From NCBI RefSeq assembly GCF_009914755.1, contig NC_060931.1: a DNA stretch of 64,000 nucleotides; one strand, 5' to 3'. A model generated the notes under the pieces. That model ran no database searches, was not told the origin of the DNA, and saw nothing but the letters and a program-made list of their open reading frames with translations. The stretch's first letter is position 1; each line of letters begins with the position of its first letter. This DNA is from the human T2T-CHM13v2.0 reference genome, Homo sapiens. Of the stretch, positions 59,901 to 64,000 are shown in pieces. The position numbers and the translations under genes were made by a program.

Positions 59901-61532
59901 GTCAGTGACATTCCATGCAAGTAGGCTCCACCAAAAGCGTTTTCCTGTGAGGAGCCTGAACCTTCTCCAGCCCAGCTTACCCTCCGGCGTCTGAGCTGGT
60001 GTGTGGCAGGCCCCTTCTCATGGCTTTGCCTGAACACTCGGCTCCACAGCTGACAGTCTGCAAACCACACATCAGTTCCCTTGTCAGACGAGGTTTCCAG
60101 ACTCATGTTTAAGAATCCTGGCTCCCGCTGCAGCAGTTACAGCCCAGAGCTGTCTGGCTTGCAAACGCCCAACATTTTTATATGTTGTCTTGGAACTGCT
60201 ATTCTTCACAACGTCTCCACCAGCCTTGGGAATCCAGGCCACTGTCTTACAGGGTTGTCAGAATCTTTTATAGAACACTCGAAACATATTGACCAAGTTA
60301 TAAACAAGCCTGTGAGTCACCCTCTGCTTCTCCTAGCATCAACTGTCAAGTTTGCCAGCCTCTCTGTGTCCCAGTAACAGGCTCCACAAGGCAGGAGGGG
60401 ACTGATTAACCCACAGCGGGGGACCGCCAGACAAGGCCTGCCCAATGCCCACATTCACTGCTCAACCCCATGACCCCATTGTTGCCTTGTTAGTTTTAAA
60501 TAACTACCATGTTCTCCTGGAGTCCTAATACTGCACCTGGCCCAAAGCAAAAAACACACACCTACCGACCTGCCCGTCTATCTCCAAACCTTTATCTGTA
60601 ATCACTTAGTGTATTGCTGACTCCGATGGACTCAAAGACAGGACACAAAACTCTCATCTTTCTCTCCTAGCAGGTGCTTAATAATGTTGGGTTAACCGCG
60701 TGGAACAACCCATTACCAAATCTTTCTTACAAAACTCCCTTCATCCCACTTTCCCTCTGGTCTCCTTTCTCAGCTTTCTCCTTGCTTCTTTTCTCCTTTC
60801 TCCTTGCTTCCTTTCTCAACTCTCATCTCCTTTAGGCCTTCCCTACAGCTGTCTCTCTTGTTGCAGCACTTCTTTATTCTGTGCCATCCTGTCTCATTCC
60901 ATGATAGTCTCGCTGATTCCACTATTAGATCCCAGAAAACCATCTCTCAAATGGGGAGCATTTACACGTGGTCTGACCCTGGATCCTCCCTGGATCTACC
61001 TTCTTCCAGGGACCAAGTCCCACAAAACTTGTAACTTTTGGGGCCGAATCTACTCAATTCCAGAATGCCGAGACTCACCCATAACAGCACCTTCCTCTGT
61101 CCTCTGTGAAATACAACCATTTTGGGATATCGATGGCAACTGGACCATGTTAGGCCACCCAAGGGAACTCAGTGACATGTAGTGAGAACGGGTTGCCTCA
61201 GAGTCCTAACTGATGGTATGAGCACACCAGCAAGGTTTTGAGGAGTGTAAGAAAAACCACAACTGGACACTTAACCCCATTGCTCAATGTCATTTCTATC
61301 TTTTCTTTCCCTTACTTAAAGTTCCAAGAGTAGAGATAACAGGGCCCTTACATGTTAACATAACAGTTTTTAAAAGATGAAATGTTTTCTTTCTACTTAA
61401 CCACATATGAAATTTGCATTTAACTAGGAGGTTAAAATGTGAAAGTCAGGGACCTGAAAGTCCAAGAATGAGCCAGAAAAGGAACGGTAGAAATACTGGC
61501 CTGCATCACAGAATATGCCCCTAACCCTTCTC

Positions 61533-62050
61533 CATCTATCATCACCATCAGTATCATCACGATCAGCATCATCATCACAATCGTTACCATTGCCATTGTT
61601 ACTATCACCATCAACTACACTATCACTATCACCATCACCAGTCACAGCACTATCATTGCTGTCATCAACATCATCATCACCATCATTGTCACCATTCATC
61701 AACATCGTCACCATCACCATCATCATGTCAACATAATCACCAGTGCCATGGTCACCATCAACCACACCATCACCATCATCTCCATCAATTACACCATCAC
61801 CACTCACCATCACCATCATGATCATCTTGACCATCACCATCTTCACCAACATCATACCATCATCATCACCATCCCCATCAACACCATCATCACTAATATA
61901 CCATCATCATCAATCACGCCACCACCCACCATCACCATCATCGTTACCATCATCACCATCAATTACAACATCATTATCGGCATACCATTGCCACCCTCAT
62001 CACCATCACTAACAATATCATTATCACCATCGTCATTACTGACACCATTG
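61533..62050 (+). repeat. (CAT/CAC)n trinucleotide low-complexity tract
   Basis: catcaccatcatc units over ~500 bp. Confidence 0.95.
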
Positions 62051-62555
62051 AACACTTTCTGGAGCTCCTCAGTGTTCTTTGTGTTTCATGTGTATTTACC
62101 CTGCTATTCCTCACAATGACTCTAAGCAGAAAGAGGCAGAGCAGGAATGCTGGCAGGCTGTCTCCACCATCCACCTCACCTCCACCACGCTCTGCTGCTT
62201 CCCCAGAAATAAGCCAAAGAAAGAACACCTCTACCAAAACGTCACATCACTGTGATGCATGATTACTTACATAATCTATGTAAAGGGAATACCTTGTTGT
62301 TTCCAGGTAGCATGTACACAAAGGGATCAAAATGCAAATGTATATGACATATGTGAATTATTAGTAGAGAACACTATGAAATTGTCTATTTGGGGAGTGG
62401 TCTCTATATAGTCTATTGAGAAAGAGAAAATCCTAGAGATTAACTACTCTAATGTACAAATTGTAAAGATCACGGCACTGAGGAACAGAAATAGGGTGCA
62501 ACTGTCCAGGGCCACAGCTTCCTGTGGAGCAGCCCATCCCTGACTCTGCCAGGCT

Positions 62556-62872
62556 CCCATCTACACTTGCAGTGACTGCCAGGACCCCATCTCAACTCAG
62601 TGAGCAGAGTCCTCACATCCTGCCTCTGTCCCATCTAAACTTGCAGTGACTGCCAGGACCCCATCTCAACTCAGTGAGCAGCATCCTCCCATCCTGCCTC
62701 TGCCTTGTCTACACCTGCAGTGACTATCAGGACCCCATCTCAACTCAATGAGCTGCAGCATCCCCACATCCTGCCTCTACCCCGTTCTACACCCACAGTG
62801 ACTGTGCCCGGCTCCCAGCTCCAACTCAGTAAGCAGCACCCCCTACCCTGCTAATGCCCCATCTACACATGC
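62556..62872 (+). repeat. Minisatellite, ~74-77-bp unit x ~4.3
   Basis: ccatctacacttgcagtgactgccaggaccccatctcaactcagtgagcag...catcctgcctct repeats at ~62556, 62630, 62704 and 62781, with a partial copy at 62858. Confidence 0.93.
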
Positions 62873-62993
62873 GGCAGCACGTAAGGAGATGGGCCAGGTC
62901 CGTCCTCCTCCTACTACGCTGACAAGAGCAATGGCTAAAATGATTTCCTGTGAAGATACACAAACACACACAAATAAAAATCTAGCTCTTGTG

Positions 62994-63291
<298 letters not shown>

Positions 63292-64000
63292 AAAATCTAG
63301 CTCATGTGTTGTATCCCAATTCAGCCTGGTGTACTTACACAGGCTCTTTTTCCTTCACAGTGTCATGGGGTGTGCCAATTCTATGGTCCTACTGGAGGCT
63401 GGCCAATGTTGACTGAAGACAAGAACGCCCAACCTTGCAATAGAAACCCTGCTGTGCTGTTTTCCTGGATGGTCTCCACAAGCCCCGCTTCAAATCACAC
63501 TCATCTTACCAGGGCTACCAGCCACAGCGTCCTGCAGCCCCACGCTTGACAAAAGAAACCTAGAGGAAAGGTGTCCTTACCAATCTTTACCCCCGAAAGC
63601 CACCCACAGGGCAAGCCTCAGATAAGTCTCGTCGGGAAAGGGAAGGGGAAGAGCTCACCCGCAGGGACCTTCACCACCTCCAACAAACCAGATGTTTGTA
63701 AAGATACAAAGCTAACCACAAGTTAATACTCACCAAACTAAATACTTCTACCTTTTATTCCCTCCTTAATTCCACCAGTATTCATTAATACCCACAGCTG
63801 AAACATTTTGTAAGCCTATAAATATGTCCTGGACATCTACAACAGGGCAGAAACTGATCTGGACCTGGATACTATTGGGAACACAAAAAACATTCATGAA
63901 TGTACACTGCAGTGCAAGAGGAAAGGAAAATCAACAGGAACCGTGGATTCAATCAGGATGACCTGAGGTACAGGAAAGTAACTCCAGGAAGGTGCAGCGG

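Noticed and set aside
61424-62119. Asp/Gly-, Met/Val-, Ser/Pro- and His-rich ORFs
   Set aside because: Translations of the (CAT/CAC)n repeat; no splice or start context.
62556-62872. Regularly spaced repeats superficially like a CRISPR array
   Set aside because: Contiguous tandem units without unique spacers, in mammalian DNA with no cas genes.

Overview
Human (primate) genomic DNA, almost entirely intronic. It is rich in Alu, L1, MIR, MaLR-LTR and DNA-transposon remnants and in simple repeats; no prokaryotic-type operon, CRISPR array, tRNA or rRNA is seen. Two very short minus-strand exons (52821-52784, 38 nt; 27015-26977, 39 nt) have textbook splice sites and lie about 25.8 kb apart. Spliced together they read (A)CKYSCHKKCEAK|VVIPCGVQVRLEQ, which fits the C-x4-H-x2-C-x7-C C-terminal half of a C1 zinc-finger domain of the tensin type. 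I recognise this as the 5' region of TNS3 (tensin 3) and recall these exons being counted as 5'UTR of the canonical C1-less protein (from memory, not verified here). Between them is a candidate 168-nt, phase 0/0, stop-free cassette exon (27603-27436) that would break the C1 domain without shifting frame and carries its own in-frame ATG. Other notable structures are a ~245-bp inverted templated insertion (8245-8489 vs 8797-9041), a near-consensus AluYd8-type insertion, a trimeric Alu, several local tandem or direct duplications, close inverted Alu pairs and candidate enhancer motif clusters. None of the long ORFs in the supplied track looks like a real gene.
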